This document shows, piece by piece, positions 1-8,494 of a DNA stretch of 64,000 bases (position 1 is the first letter of the stretch; each line of letters opens with the position of its first letter). A model generated the notes under the pieces. The model was not told the origin of the DNA and searched no databases. It saw nothing but the letters and a program-made list of their open reading frames with translations. Source of the DNA: Spirochaetia bacterium. GTDB taxonomy: Bacteria > Spirochaetota > Spirochaetia > SZUA-6 > Bin103. The stretch lies in NCBI GenBank assembly GCA_965208575.1, contig CBDBOV010000006.1, positions 704,001 through 768,000 of the forward strand. Reading direction: 5' to 3'. The position numbers were made by a program, and so were the translations under genes.

Positions 1-1
1 C

Positions 2-1288
2 GCCCTGGCGCTGCGAGTGGCCGAGATCGACCAGGGCGGTCTGGCCATTTCCGTGCGCGCCACGCCGGCCGCGAGCGTCGATCTCGCGCCGCTGGAGACC
101 GGCACCTTCGCCGACGTAGGCGACACGTTCGATCTGGACGCCGCCGCGACGGTCAGTGCCTCCCTCGCGCTGCCGTGGGGTATGGAGATCGCCGGCAGCT
201 ATACCGGCGAGGTCGACCTCGACCGATCGGGGCGCGACAACGAGGACCTGATCGACGTGCACAGCGTGTCGGTGGTGCAGGACCTGCTGCCCGAGGCACG
301 ACTGTCGGAGGAGGCCCTGGCGCTGCATGATCGCCGCGACCAACTGCGGCTCGCCCGGCTGCGCCTGCAGCGGGTACGCAACGAAGTGGCCCTGCAGGTA
401 GCGCGCGCGTTCCTGACGCTTACCGAGCGGACGCAAGCATTGGCGCTGCTGGAGGAGCGCCTGGCGTTCGCCGAGCGGGATCTGGCCCGGACCACGCTTC
501 GCGTTGCCCAAGGGGCGGCCGATCGGCTGGCGCTGCTGGACGCCACGATTGCCGTTACCGAGCAACGCAATGGCATCGATGAGCAGCGCGCCGCGCTCGC
601 CCTCGACACTGCCGAGTTCTTTGCCGACCTCGGTTTGGCGCCAGCGCCGTTGGCCGTGCCCGCCGCCGATCCCGCCGCGCTGCGCCGGAGCGCGCGTACC
701 CTGTTGACCGAGCCCACGCCGTCCGCCGCCATCGCCGGTGCCCTCGACGTGCTGGCAGCGGAGGCCGCGCTGAGCGGCGCCGAACTGCAGGCCGAGCGTA
801 CGCTGCGCGGCGCGCTGCCGGCGGTTTCGCTCGGTCTCGATTACCGCAAGGCGCGCGGCGCGTCGCGCCCCGGGTCGGTAAGCCTGTCGATCACCGGCAG
901 CTACACGCTGTTCGACAGCGGACGCAATGCAGCCGCGTCCGCGCAGGCGCGGGAGCGGGTGGAGACGTTGCGGCGCGCGCTGGCCACCGCGCGCCGCACC
1001 CTTGAGGAGCGGTTCGCGCGGGCCCGTCTGACGCTGGCGAGCGCCGTGGCGGATGAGGAGTTGGCCGCGCTGCGGCTGCAGCGGGCCAACCTGCGGATGG
1101 ATCAGGCAACGCGGCGCCACGTGGCCGGGGCGATCAGCGACCGGGAACTCCAGGAGACTGCGCTGCAGTTGCGTGAGGCTGAGGGCGTTGCGCGCGCCGC
1201 GATGCTCACCCTCGGCGACGCCTACCTGTCGCTGGCCATCGACCTGGGGCGGGACGTGCAACGAGAGTTGGCGGCCATCGCCCGCTGA
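2..1288 (+). CDS. TolC-family outer-membrane efflux protein, probably 5'-truncated by the window edge
   Basis: Frame is open from base 2. Two OEP-like halves with long amphipathic helices (VALQVARAFLTL...; LPAVSLGLDY...YTLFDSGR; GAISDRELQE). Confidence 0.75.
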   Translation, partial: ALALRVAEIDQGGLAISVRATPAASVDLAPLETGTFADVGDTFDLDAAATVSASLALPWGMEIAGSYTGEVDLDRSGRDNEDLIDVHSVSVVQDLLPEARLSEEALALHDRRDQLRLARLRLQRVRNEVALQVARAFLTLTERTQALALLEERLAFAERDLARTTLRVAQGAADRLALLDATIAVTEQRNGIDEQRAALALDTAEFFADLGLAPAPLAVPAADPAALRRSARTLLTEPTPSAAIAGALDVLAAEAALSGAELQAERTLRGALPAVSLGLDYRKARGASRPGSVSLSITGSYTLFDSGRNAAASAQARERVETLRRALATARRTLEERFARARLTLASAVADEELAALRLQRANLRMDQATRRHVAGAISDRELQETALQLREAEGVARAAMLTLGDAYLSLAIDLGRDVQRELAAIAR

Positions 1289-1323
1289 CCCGCCGCTTCA
1301 TCGCCAACCAGGCACCGTTACCG

Positions 1324-2688
1324 TTACCCTGACCGCCCGGTCGGAATCACGATTCTAAAGCACGCTCCACCGTCAGCGACCGCGCCGGCGCTGATCCGCC
1401 AGCCGTGCGCTTCGACTATCGAACGGGCCACGGCCAGCCCCAGCCCGCTGCCCGATTCCGGTTGCCCCGGGTCGCCCCGGAAAAACGGATCGAACACGTG
1501 CTGCAACTGGTCGGCCGGAATACCGGGACCGGAGTCTTCGACGGCGACCTCCACCTCGCCGTTGCGCTGCAGCGCGGCAAACCGGATGCGGTCGCCACCG
1601 TTCGTGTAGTGCAGTGCGTTCTCCATCAGGTTGTCGGTTACCCGCGAGAACAAGCTCCAGTCCGCGTCCACGACGAGATTGTCCGGCAGATCGAGAGCGG
1701 CATGGAACCTGCGCCCGAGGAGAACCGCGTCCTCCCGGTAGTCGCCGGCCAGTTCGTCGAGTACCGTCTTCAGGCTGCGCGGATCGCGCTGCATGCGCCA
1801 CTCGCCGGTCTCCATGCGCAGCAGCTCGTTCAGGTCCGCGATGCGGGTTTCCAGCAGATCAGCCCGGTCGCGGGCGATGCGCAGGTAGCGCTGCTCGGCG
1901 CCGCGGTCACGGGCAATGCCGTCCTGCAGCGCCTCGAGGTAGCCCTTGATGCTGGTCAACGGGGTGCGCAGATCGTGCGACACGGCCATCAGGAAGCTGC
2001 GCTTGCGTTCGCGCTCGGCATGCAGCTTGCGCCGTTCCTCGATCAGCGACCGGCGCATCCGATCGAAGGAGCGCGCCACGGCGGCCACCTCGTCGCGGCC
2101 CTCGGTGCGCAGCCGGAAGTCCAGGTCGCCGGCGGCGATGCGGCGCGAGGCGCGCTGCAGATCGGCGAGCGAACGGCGCAGCACGTGCGCCAGCCACCAC
2201 ACCATCAGCACGCCGATCACGATCAGCGTGGCCAGACCGTAGCGGCCGCTGTCCAGCAGCCAGCGCCAGCGAAGCCACCACGGGCTCGGCCAACTGCGCA
2301 CCTCGAACGCCGCCCCCACCAGGACGCCATCGGCGAAGATCGGGAACTCCAGGATCAGGTGGCGCGGCGGCGGGAACCGCGCGCTCAACGTGGCGCGGTC
2401 GACGCGCACACCGGGTGCTATCCCCTCTATCGACGAAACCCGCGCGACGCTGACGGCATCGACCACCACGGCGTGGTGGCCGGGCGGCGGATCGAGGCTG
2501 GAGGCCATCTCCCAGTTCGGGGCGACCTCCGCCGCCAGCCAGGAGTGTACCGCGAGAAACGCCGCGACGTGCGCCTTCTCGCGATCGCTGAGGGAACGCG
2601 AGTCGATGTAGGTCAGCAGCCCCACCACCCCGACCGGTACGGCCACCACCGAGACGACCAGCAAGGCGAGCCGGGTCCTGATGGTCAC
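1324..2688 (-). CDS. HAMP-domain sensor histidine kinase
   Basis: Two TM segments, HAMP (GRDEVAAVARSFDRM), H-box VSHDLRTPLT, N-box NLMENALHY, G boxes DSGPGI and GSGLGLA. GTG at 2688 overlaps the regulator stop (GTGA). Confidence 0.93.
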   Translation of the reverse strand: MTIRTRLALLVVSVVAVPVGVVGLLTYIDSRSLSDREKAHVAAFLAVHSWLAAEVAPNWEMASSLDPPPGHHAVVVDAVSVARVSSIEGIAPGVRVDRATLSARFPPPRHLILEFPIFADGVLVGAAFEVRSWPSPWWLRWRWLLDSGRYGLATLIVIGVLMVWWLAHVLRRSLADLQRASRRIAAGDLDFRLRTEGRDEVAAVARSFDRMRRSLIEERRKLHAERERKRSFLMAVSHDLRTPLTSIKGYLEALQDGIARDRGAEQRYLRIARDRADLLETRIADLNELLRMETGEWRMQRDPRSLKTVLDELAGDYREDAVLLGRRFHAALDLPDNLVVDADWSLFSRVTDNLMENALHYTNGGDRIRFAALQRNGEVEVAVEDSGPGIPADQLQHVFDPFFRGDPGQPESGSGLGLAVARSIVEAHGWRISAGAVADGGACFRIVIPTGRSG

Positions 2689-3407
2689 GGCTCGAAACTC
2701 ACCTCGTCGGCACGCACCCGATAGCCGACGCGCGGCACGGTCTCGATCAGCGGAGCCGCGCCCGGACGGTGCAGCTTCTTGCGCAGCCGCTGCACGTGCA
2801 CGGTAACCGTGGAGCGGTCGCCGTAGCGGTTGCCCCACACGCCCGCGTACAGCTCCTCCGGGGTAAGGGCACGCCCGGCATTGCTGAGCAGGTGGCTGAG
2901 CAGGTCGAACTCCTTCGGCGCCAGGGTGATCCGGTTGCCGTCGCGGGTTACCGCGTAGTCGTCCAGGTGGACGACGTAATCGGCCAGCCGCACGGTGCGC
3001 AGCGAAGGCGCCGGCCCGCGGTGCAGGTAGCGGAGGTTGGTGCGCACCCGCGCCAGCAGCACGCGCGGAGAGAACGGCTTGGTAACGAAGTCGTCCGCCC
3101 CGACGCCCAGCCCCAACACCTTGTCCTCATCGGCGTCGCGCGCCGACACAATGATCACCGGCGTGGAGTGGCGGCTGCGAAACCAGGTCAGGAACTGAAA
3201 TCCATTGCGCCCCGGCAGGTTTATGTCGAGGATCAGCAGGTGGAACACTGCCCGGCGCAACGCCGCTTCGGCCTCCTCCGCCGACGTCGCGAACGTGGGC
3301 TCCAGGCGCTCGCTTTCCAGGTAGAGCCCGATCAGTTCGGCGATCGCGGCATCGTCCTTCACCACCAGGATGCGGGCGGCAAGCCGCGGGTCAGTTGCCG
3401 AATCCAC
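2685..3407 (-). CDS. OmpR/PhoB-family response regulator
   Basis: Receiver motifs LILDINLPG and GADDFVTKPF; winged helix TVTVHVQRLRKKL...IETVPRVGYR. Start uncertain; nearest in-frame GTG is at 3407. Confidence 0.88.
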   Translation of the reverse strand: MDSATDPRLAARILVVKDDAAIAELIGLYLESERLEPTFATSAEEAEAALRRAVFHLLILDINLPGRNGFQFLTWFRSRHSTPVIIVSARDADEDKVLGLGVGADDFVTKPFSPRVLLARVRTNLRYLHRGPAPSLRTVRLADYVVHLDDYAVTRDGNRITLAPKEFDLLSHLLSNAGRALTPEELYAGVWGNRYGDRSTVTVHVQRLRKKLHRPGAAPLIETVPRVGYRVRADEVSFEP

Positions 3408-5292
3408 CGCCACCGCCGCCGCCACCACCGCCGAACAGTGCCCGGAAGCCGCCGATCGCCTGGAGCTGCTCCTGCAGGAACTCGAGGCGCCGTGCTTCAT
3501 CGTCCGCCAGCGATGGATCTTCCTTCAGCTTCGCGTCGTACGCCTTCTTGACCTCGGCGTTCTGCAGCAGCCGCTGGACGACCCGCTCGCGGCGATCCTC
3601 CGGCAGTTGCGCCAGAGTCGGCGGGCCGCCGCCGGGGCCGCCGCCGGCCGCCCCGCGCTGTCCGCCGCCCGCCGCCGCACCGGTACCGGGCGCCGCCGGC
3701 TCGGTGGCCGCCGCGGTCTGGCCCTCGCCGGCGGGCGCGGTCTGTTGGCCCGCACCGTCGGCAGACGGTTGCCCTGCATCGTCCGCGGCCGGTTGCCCGG
3801 CACCGTCGGCAGACGGTTGCACGGCACCCGACTGACCGCCGCCGCCCGCGGCGCCCTGCCGGGTTCCAGCGCGAGCGCCTCCCGCACCGGCGCCCGCACC
3901 ACCCTGGCCGCCGCCGAATATCGCCCGCAATCCACCCATCGCGGCGATCTGCTCCTGCAAGAATGCCAGTTTCTTGTCGTCGTCCCGCTCCAGTGCCGGG
4001 TCCTCTTCCAGCTTCGCGTCATACGCCTTCTTGAACTCCGCATTCTGGAGCATCCGCTCGAACAGTGCCTCGCGCCGCTCGGCCGGCAGTTGCGACAGGT
4101 CGAACCCGCCGCCGCCGCCCGAGCCGCCTGCCGCGGCGCCGGCGGAGGCCGTTTCCGGCAGCGGCTCGCCGGCTGCCCGCACGGCGGCGCCGTCGCGCAG
4201 CGACTCCTGCCCCACCGTCACCACGACGTCGCCGGCGGACAGGCCGGTGGTGATCTCCACCAGGTCGTGCGCCGACAGCCCGACGACCACCGGCGTGCGC
4301 ACCGCGGTGCCCTCCTGCACGCGATAGACGATGTTCTGGTCGCGCTCCAGCAGGATTGCGCGCTTCGGCACCACCAGCGCGTTGGGCCGCGTCTCGGTCG
4401 GCACCTGTACGGTCACGAACGTGCCCGGAAGCAGTGCGCCGGACGTCCCGGAGCCGTCCAGTTCCACGGTGACCTTCACCGTGCCCGACTCCGCGTCGAC
4501 CACGGGACTGATTCGGGTAATCGATCCGGATGCGGCAACGCCCCCGGCGGCCTGAATCTCCACGCCCTGCCCCAAGCCAAGGTTGTGCCGCCCCGACTCC
4601 GGAATGTGGATCACCGCCCGCAGCGGATCGGGGTCGATCACGTGAAACAAGCGGCTGTTGGCGGAGATGGTAGCCCCTTCCTCGACCGTGCGCTCGCCCA
4701 CGATCCCGGCCAGCGGCGAGCGCACCTCGGTGTCGTCGAGTTGCCGGCGGGCGCGGTCCAGGGCGATGGTGCGCAGCTCGATCTGGTAGCGCTGGCTCTC
4801 CAGCTCCTGGTCGGTCGCCCCGCCATGCTTGGCCAACTCGGTGGTGCGCGCGTGCTCGCGCCGGATGTTCTCGTAGTGGGCCTCCGCTTCCGCCAGCGCG
4901 AGGCGGGCGTCATCCTGATCGAGCCGCGCCAGGAGCTGGCCCTCGCGCACCGCGTCGCCCTCCTGCACCAGGACGCTCACCACCGCGCCGCCGGCGCGCG
5001 CCACCACGTCGATGGCGCGTTCCGGGGTAAGGGTGGTGGTGGCCACCAGAAAGCTGGACACCGTTTCCCGCCCTACCTCGGCGGTCACCACCGGAAGCGC
5101 GGCGCTGTCGCCGCCGAAGCCGCCGCCGAAGCCGCCGGCGGCGGCGAAGGCCGCCGCCCGGTTGTCCTGCCGGCCGCCGAGACGGCCCGCGATATCGTTC
5201 ACCACGTCGCAGCCGGCCAGCACCGTTGCCAGGGCCAGCACCCCGGCCAGCGCCACTGCGATCCTCGTTCTTCGCCGCCGGTCGTGAATCAC
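3391..5292 (-). CDS. RND periplasmic adaptor (MFP) lipoprotein with long C-terminal extension
   Basis: AGGAGG RBS before GTG 5292; lipobox LAGC; lipoyl motifs VQEGDAVREGQLLARLD and EVRSPLAGIV; C-terminal GLSAGDVVVTVGQ followed by more than 200 extra residues. Confidence 0.9.
   Translation of the reverse strand: MIHDRRRRTRIAVALAGVLALATVLAGCDVVNDIAGRLGGRQDNRAAAFAAAGGFGGGFGGDSAALPVVTAEVGRETVSSFLVATTTLTPERAIDVVARAGGAVVSVLVQEGDAVREGQLLARLDQDDARLALAEAEAHYENIRREHARTTELAKHGGATDQELESQRYQIELRTIALDRARRQLDDTEVRSPLAGIVGERTVEEGATISANSRLFHVIDPDPLRAVIHIPESGRHNLGLGQGVEIQAAGGVAASGSITRISPVVDAESGTVKVTVELDGSGTSGALLPGTFVTVQVPTETRPNALVVPKRAILLERDQNIVYRVQEGTAVRTPVVVGLSAHDLVEITTGLSAGDVVVTVGQESLRDGAAVRAAGEPLPETASAGAAAGGSGGGGGFDLSQLPAERREALFERMLQNAEFKKAYDAKLEEDPALERDDDKKLAFLQEQIAAMGGLRAIFGGGQGGAGAGAGGARAGTRQGAAGGGGQSGAVQPSADGAGQPAADDAGQPSADGAGQQTAPAGEGQTAAATEPAAPGTGAAAGGGQRGAAGGGPGGGPPTLAQLPEDRRERVVQRLLQNAEVKKAYDAKLKEDPSLADDEARRLEFLQEQLQAIGGFRALFGGGGGGGGGGFGN
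3752..3820. repeat. 24-bp coding tandem repeat, about 3 units (QPSADGAG/QPAADDAG)
   Basis: gcaccgtcggcagacggttgc occurs at 3752 and 3800 with a variant unit between. Confidence 0.8.
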
Positions 5293-5377
5293 CAGCCCCC
5301 TCCTGCAATCTCGTTCCGCGCCGTGGCCGGTGCGCACCGTGTCCCGCCGCCGAACCGGTCGCCGTGCCGCCCCACCC

Positions 5378-8300
5378 TCACTGCTCCGCACCCGGCTCGG
5401 GCGCATGCGGCTGACCGGCGCGCGCGGGACGCATGGCCCACGCCACCCGCTTCAGGAACTCGGCCATGTCATCGAACAACGCGTAGATGGTCGGCATCAC
5501 CACCAGCGTCATGAAGGTGGAGGTGGTAAGGCCGCCGACCACGGCCAGGGCGATCGGCCCCCAGGTGCCGGCGCGGCCCTCCACCGGGCCGAACACCCCC
5601 GGCGCCACCAGCGGCGCCACCAGCGGGAACAGCCCGAGCAGGGTCGTGCACGCGGTAATGAGAATCGGCCGCAGCCGGTCGCGCCCACCGGTGAGGATCG
5701 CTTCCGTGCGCGCCATGCCACCGGCGCGCAGCCGGTTGATGTGATCCACCAGGATGATGCCGTTGTTCACCACCACCCCGGCCAGCACCATGATGCCGAG
5801 CCAGGAGTTGGTGTTGAGCGTGGTACCGGTGAGGGAGAACAGCACCGTGACCCCGAGCAGCGAGAACGGCAGCGAGGTGAGGATGGTGATCGGGTGCACG
5901 AACGACTCGAACAGCGCCGCCATCACCAGGTAGATGAACCCGGCGGCCAGCAGCAGGGCAAACAGCGACGCCTGCTCCGACTGCTGAAAGCGGCGGAAGT
6001 TCTGCCCTACCTCGGCGCTGTAGCCGGGCGGGAGTTGCTGCTGCGCGAGCATGCCCCGGATCTGGCCGCTCAGGCGGAACATGCCGCGCAGGTCGGTATT
6101 GGCGGTCACCGACACGATCTCGCTGCCGCCGTCGCGCTGAATGGTGCGCGGCCCCGGCTGCCGTTCGAAGGTGGCCACCGAACCGAGCGGTACGGCGTCC
6201 GCGCCCGGCTCCACCGGGAGCTGCGCCAGCCCGCTCAGGTCGACACGCGCCGCCTCGGTTACCCGTACCCGGATCGGCAGTTCGTCGTCGCCGGCGGCCA
6301 GGGTGCCCGCGCTGCTGTCGCCCAGGTTGGCGCTGAGCAGATCGCCCACCGCGGTGGGCGTGAGATCGGCGGCCGTCGCGCGGTCGCGGTTGACCCGCAC
6401 CTGGAGCTGCTCGTCGCCCGACTCAAGGTTGGTGCTGACGTCGTCGACGCCGGGGAGCGCTCCCAGGCGCGCGCCGATATCCTCCGCGAACAGCGCCAAT
6501 ACCTCGGTGTTGGGGCCGGTGATGTCCACCGAAACGCCCAGGGCGCCGCCGCCGCCGCGGCCCCAGCGCCTGCCCACGGAGAAGCTGTAGCCGGGAAGCT
6601 GCGGCAGCATGGCGCGGATCTCATTGGTAAGATCGGCGGTGGAGCGCTGCGTGGAGGCGTCGTCGCGGAAGTACACGGTCACGTTGCCGCTGCGGGTGGA
6701 GAAGTTGGCCGCCACCGCGTCGATTTCCAGCTCCTCGGTGCGTGCCAGCAGGTCGCGCTCGAAGGCGTCGAACACGGCCTGCGTCTCGTCGAAGGTTACG
6801 CCGTTCTCGGCCGTCACCGCAATCGACATGCGCCGCGCCGGCGTGCGCGGCGTAAACTCGCGCTCGATCGTGGTCAACAGGTAGACGCCGCCGGCGAGCA
6901 CGGCCAGCATGCACGCCAGGGTGATGAGCCGGTGGCGCAGGGTCCAGCGCAGCACCGCCCGGTAGGCTGCCCCAAGCCCGTCCATGACGCGATGGCGGCG
7001 CCCGCCGGACGCCACCAGGAAGCGTGAACTGACCACCGGAATCAGGCTGAGCGATATCACCAGGGAGGCGATCATCGCGGCCACCAGGGTGGTGGCGAAG
7101 TCGCCCATGAAGCGCCCGAACGGGGTGGCGGCGGTGAACAGCACCGGCACGAACACGATGATCGAGGTGAGGGTGGCCGCGAACACCGGAGTGGTCACCT
7201 CCCCGGCGCCGCGGATGGCAGCCGCGCGCGGCGCCAGTCCCCGCTCCCGGTACCGGTAGATGTTCTCCAGCACCACCACGCTGTTGTCCACCAGCATCCC
7301 GACCGCCAGCATCAGGCCGCTCAGCGAGATCACGTTGAGCGTGAAATTGAGTCCGCCGACGCGCCGCATCAGGTACACGACCGCAAACGTCGCAATGATG
7401 GAGACCGGAATGGCGATCGCCACGACCAGTGTCGCGCGGACCCGCAGCAGGAAGGCAAACAGCACCAGCACCGCGAGACCGGCGCCGATCAGCCCCGAGT
7501 TGCGCAGACTGTTGAGGCTGGTGGTAATCTCTTTCGACTGATCGAAGAACACGAAGGTGGACAGGCTCGGCGCCGCCGCTTCGATGGCCGCCAACTGGGC
7601 GCGCGCGTCCCGTACCACGCTCACCACGTTGGCGTCGGAACTCTTGGACACTCGTACCGTGATCGCCTCCGCCATGTTGAGGCGCTGCACGTTGTCCTGG
7701 TCGCCGACGCCGCGGCGCACCACCCCGACGTCGCCGATCCTGATGCCGCCGCTTCCGGCGATCGGTTGCGCCGCGATCTCCTCCAGGTCGGTGAACGACC
7801 CTACCGACCGTACGAAGTAACGGCGTCCGCCGTCGATCAGGTAGCCGCCGGCCAGGTCCACGTTGTTGGCGCGCAGGCTGCGCGTCAGGACGTCCACGTC
7901 CACCCCGAGCGCCGCCATCGCCTCCGGATCGAGGTCGATCGTCACCTGCTCGTTCTGCAGGCCGCGGGCCTCCACGTCGGCCACACCGTCGATGCGCAGC
8001 AGTCTCGGCACCACCAGGTCTTCGGTAAGCCGCTCGAGCTCCGCGCGGCTGCCCTCGGTGGCCACGCTGAGTTGCAGAATCGGAATGTCGGTGGTGGAGA
8101 AGTTGGACACGCGAATACGGCCTACGCCGCCGGGCAACTCGCCGCGGATGCGGTCGATGCGGTCGCGAATCTCCGCCGCGGCCAGGTCCATGTCGGTGCC
8201 GATGACGAACTGCGCGCGAATGCGCGCCGAGTTCGCCGAGGAGGTGGAACTGACCGACTCGACGCCGCTCATGCCGCCGACCGCGCCTTCAATGGGCGAT

Positions 8301-8494
8301 GCCACGCGCCGTTCCACCTCTTCCGGCGAGGAGTTGGGAAACGGCGCCACCACCGTCAGCGCCGGGCTCTCGATCTCCGGCAGGAACAGCAGCGGCAGCC
8401 GGCCGATGGCGAAGAAGCCGAACACGCACACGGCGGCAATCACCAGCAGTACGCCGAGCGGGCGGCGCACGGAAAACTCGGCAAACGTACTCAT
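5378..8494 (-). CDS. RND transporter permease (AcrB/AcrD/AcrF family), second subunit
   Basis: MSTFAEFSVRRP start with AGGAGG RBS; TM4 GMLVDNSVVVLENI; RLRPILIT; about 1038 aa. Confidence 0.93.
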   Translation of the reverse strand: MSTFAEFSVRRPLGVLLVIAAVCVFGFFAIGRLPLLFLPEIESPALTVVAPFPNSSPEEVERRVASPIEGAVGGMSGVESVSSTSSANSARIRAQFVIGTDMDLAAAEIRDRIDRIRGELPGGVGRIRVSNFSTTDIPILQLSVATEGSRAELERLTEDLVVPRLLRIDGVADVEARGLQNEQVTIDLDPEAMAALGVDVDVLTRSLRANNVDLAGGYLIDGGRRYFVRSVGSFTDLEEIAAQPIAGSGGIRIGDVGVVRRGVGDQDNVQRLNMAEAITVRVSKSSDANVVSVVRDARAQLAAIEAAAPSLSTFVFFDQSKEITTSLNSLRNSGLIGAGLAVLVLFAFLLRVRATLVVAIAIPVSIIATFAVVYLMRRVGGLNFTLNVISLSGLMLAVGMLVDNSVVVLENIYRYRERGLAPRAAAIRGAGEVTTPVFAATLTSIIVFVPVLFTAATPFGRFMGDFATTLVAAMIASLVISLSLIPVVSSRFLVASGGRRHRVMDGLGAAYRAVLRWTLRHRLITLACMLAVLAGGVYLLTTIEREFTPRTPARRMSIAVTAENGVTFDETQAVFDAFERDLLARTEELEIDAVAANFSTRSGNVTVYFRDDASTQRSTADLTNEIRAMLPQLPGYSFSVGRRWGRGGGGALGVSVDITGPNTEVLALFAEDIGARLGALPGVDDVSTNLESGDEQLQVRVNRDRATAADLTPTAVGDLLSANLGDSSAGTLAAGDDELPIRVRVTEAARVDLSGLAQLPVEPGADAVPLGSVATFERQPGPRTIQRDGGSEIVSVTANTDLRGMFRLSGQIRGMLAQQQLPPGYSAEVGQNFRRFQQSEQASLFALLLAAGFIYLVMAALFESFVHPITILTSLPFSLLGVTVLFSLTGTTLNTNSWLGIMVLAGVVVNNGIILVDHINRLRAGGMARTEAILTGGRDRLRPILITACTTLLGLFPLVAPLVAPGVFGPVEGRAGTWGPIALAVVGGLTTSTFMTLVVMPTIYALFDDMAEFLKRVAWAMRPARAGQPHAPEPGAEQ

